The translations under genes were made by a program, and so were the position numbers. A stretch of 57,015 nt of DNA, from IMG/VR virus record IMGVR_UViG_2522572023_000010, one strand, 5' to 3'. Source of the stretch: a virus (taxonomy: Duplodnaviria > Heunggongvirae > Uroviricota > Caudoviricetes). Position 1 is the first letter of the stretch. Every line of letters begins with the position of its first letter. Positions 55,729-57,015 of this stretch are shown one piece after another. The notes beneath the pieces were generated by a model. It made no database searches, had not been told where the DNA came from, and was given only the letters and a program-made list of their open reading frames with translations.

Positions 55729-57015
55729 ATGAGTAACGCATCATACCCGACAGGCGTTGAAAACCATGGAGGATCACTCCGTATATGGTTTCACTATAAT
55801 GGCAAACGTGTCAGAGAAAACCTCGGTGTTCCTGACACAGCCAAAAACCGGAAGATCGCTGGTGAACTTCGCACTTCCGTTTGTTTTGCAATCAGAATGG
55901 GGAGTTTCGACTACGCCGCGCAGTTCCCTAATTCCCCTAACCTGAAACACTTTGGTCTGGGAAAAAGAGAGATAACCGTTAAGGCACTTTCGGAAAAATG
56001 GTTGGACCTTAAGAAAATTGAGATTTGTGCGAATGCACTTAACCGTTACCAGTCAGTAATTAAAAACATGTTACCAATGTTAGGTGAAAAAAAACTGGTT
56101 TCATCCATAACAAAAGAGGATTTACTTTTCGTAAGGAGAGATTTGTTGACCGGTTACCAAAAGCTTTCTAATGGAAAGACTTCTTCCATAAAAGGGCGCT
56201 CAGTGGTCACGGTAAACTACTATATGACAACCATAGCTGGAATGTTTCAATTTGCAACAGATAATGGTTATACCTCAGGAAACCCATTTAACGGTCTGGC
56301 TCCCTTAAAAAAGTCCAAGGTAAAACCAGATCCTCTCACCCGTGACGAATTTATTCGTTTTATTGAGGCTTGCCGTCATCAACAAACAAAAAACCTGTGG
56401 ATTCTCGCTGTATACACGGGTATTCGTCACGGGGAGTTGGTATCGCTGGCATGGGAAGATATAGACCTTAAAGCAAGGACTATAACCATCCGTAGAAATT
56501 ATACAAAACTTGGCGAATTCACTCCACCAAAAACCGATGCAGGCACCGGAAGGACAATTCATCTGGTTCAACCAGCTATTGATGCTCTTAAAAGCCAGGC
56601 GGAAATGACCATGCTTGGAAAGCAACATTCTGTAGAGGTGAAGCAGAGGGAATATGGGAGAACTGCTGTGCATAAATGCACTTTTGTTTTTAGTCCTCAG
56701 GTAACAAAACAGCAGCAGTTGTCCGGACCTCACTACAAGGTTGACTCCATCAGGGAGTCATGGACAAGTATCTTAAAACGCGCAGGTCTGAGACACAGAA
56801 AATCGTACCAATCCAGGCATACTTATGCATGCTGGTCACTTGCCGCAGGAGCTAATCCTAGTTTTATCGCAAGCCAGATGGGCCACACAAACGCACAAAT
56901 GGTATTCAATGTTTACGGAGCATGGATGAAAGACAACAATCACGAACAGATAGAACTCCTTAACAAAAGACTATCTGAAAGTGTCCCATGTATGCCCCAT
57001 AAGAAAGCAGGGTAA
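55729..57015 (+). CDS. int: tyrosine recombinase / phage integrase
   Basis: 428 aa; C-terminal catalytic region with R...HxxR...Y (RHTYACWSL...HTNAQMVFNVY); complete ORF ending at the window edge. Confidence 0.9.
   Translation: MSNASYPTGVENHGGSLRIWFHYNGKRVRENLGVPDTAKNRKIAGELRTSVCFAIRMGSFDYAAQFPNSPNLKHFGLGKREITVKALSEKWLDLKKIEICANALNRYQSVIKNMLPMLGEKKLVSSITKEDLLFVRRDLLTGYQKLSNGKTSSIKGRSVVTVNYYMTTIAGMFQFATDNGYTSGNPFNGLAPLKKSKVKPDPLTRDEFIRFIEACRHQQTKNLWILAVYTGIRHGELVSLAWEDIDLKARTITIRRNYTKLGEFTPPKTDAGTGRTIHLVQPAIDALKSQAEMTMLGKQHSVEVKQREYGRTAVHKCTFVFSPQVTKQQQLSGPHYKVDSIRESWTSILKRAGLRHRKSYQSRHTYACWSLAAGANPSFIASQMGHTNAQMVFNVYGAWMKDNNHEQIELLNKRLSESVPCMPHKKAG

Overview
The window is almost entirely one lambdoid prophage (lambda-type tail genes, HK97-type head genes) of an Escherichia-type genome, read here in reverse. 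Right end (50.1-57.0 kb, + strand): CPS-53-like early operon, excisionase and integrase. 46.8-47.9 kb: immunity region (cro-like on -, CI-like S24 repressor on +). 40.4-46.8 kb (-): replication gene with internal iterons, PerC-like regulator, Dam methylase, RusA, KilA-N, DUF968, QuuD-like Q. 30.8-38.4 kb (-): Stx-phage-like block (three tRNAs, TerB, NanS-p esterase, holin, SAR endolysin, Rz/Rz1) with no stx genes. 8.2-30.5 kb (-): HNH, terminase, protease-capsid fusion, portal, connectors, tail genes V-G/T-H-M-L-K-I-J, lom, collagen-like tail fibre. 0-8.1 kb: low-GC cargo with type III effector genes (nleA, an nleG-like U-box gene plus an IS2-disrupted paralogue), an IS2 copy with an amber-interrupted insC, and inverted-repeat rearrangement scars. 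Two loci look like candidate undescribed accessory or defence systems: an AT-rich two-gene cassette (308-aa soluble protein plus 182-aa four-helix membrane protein) antisense between Q and the tRNA block (38.9-40.4 kb), and a lone ParA/MinD-like ATPase in the rexAB position between cI and the putative left operator (48.1-49.2 kb). All calls rest on reading the sequence and the ORF translations; no database search was run.
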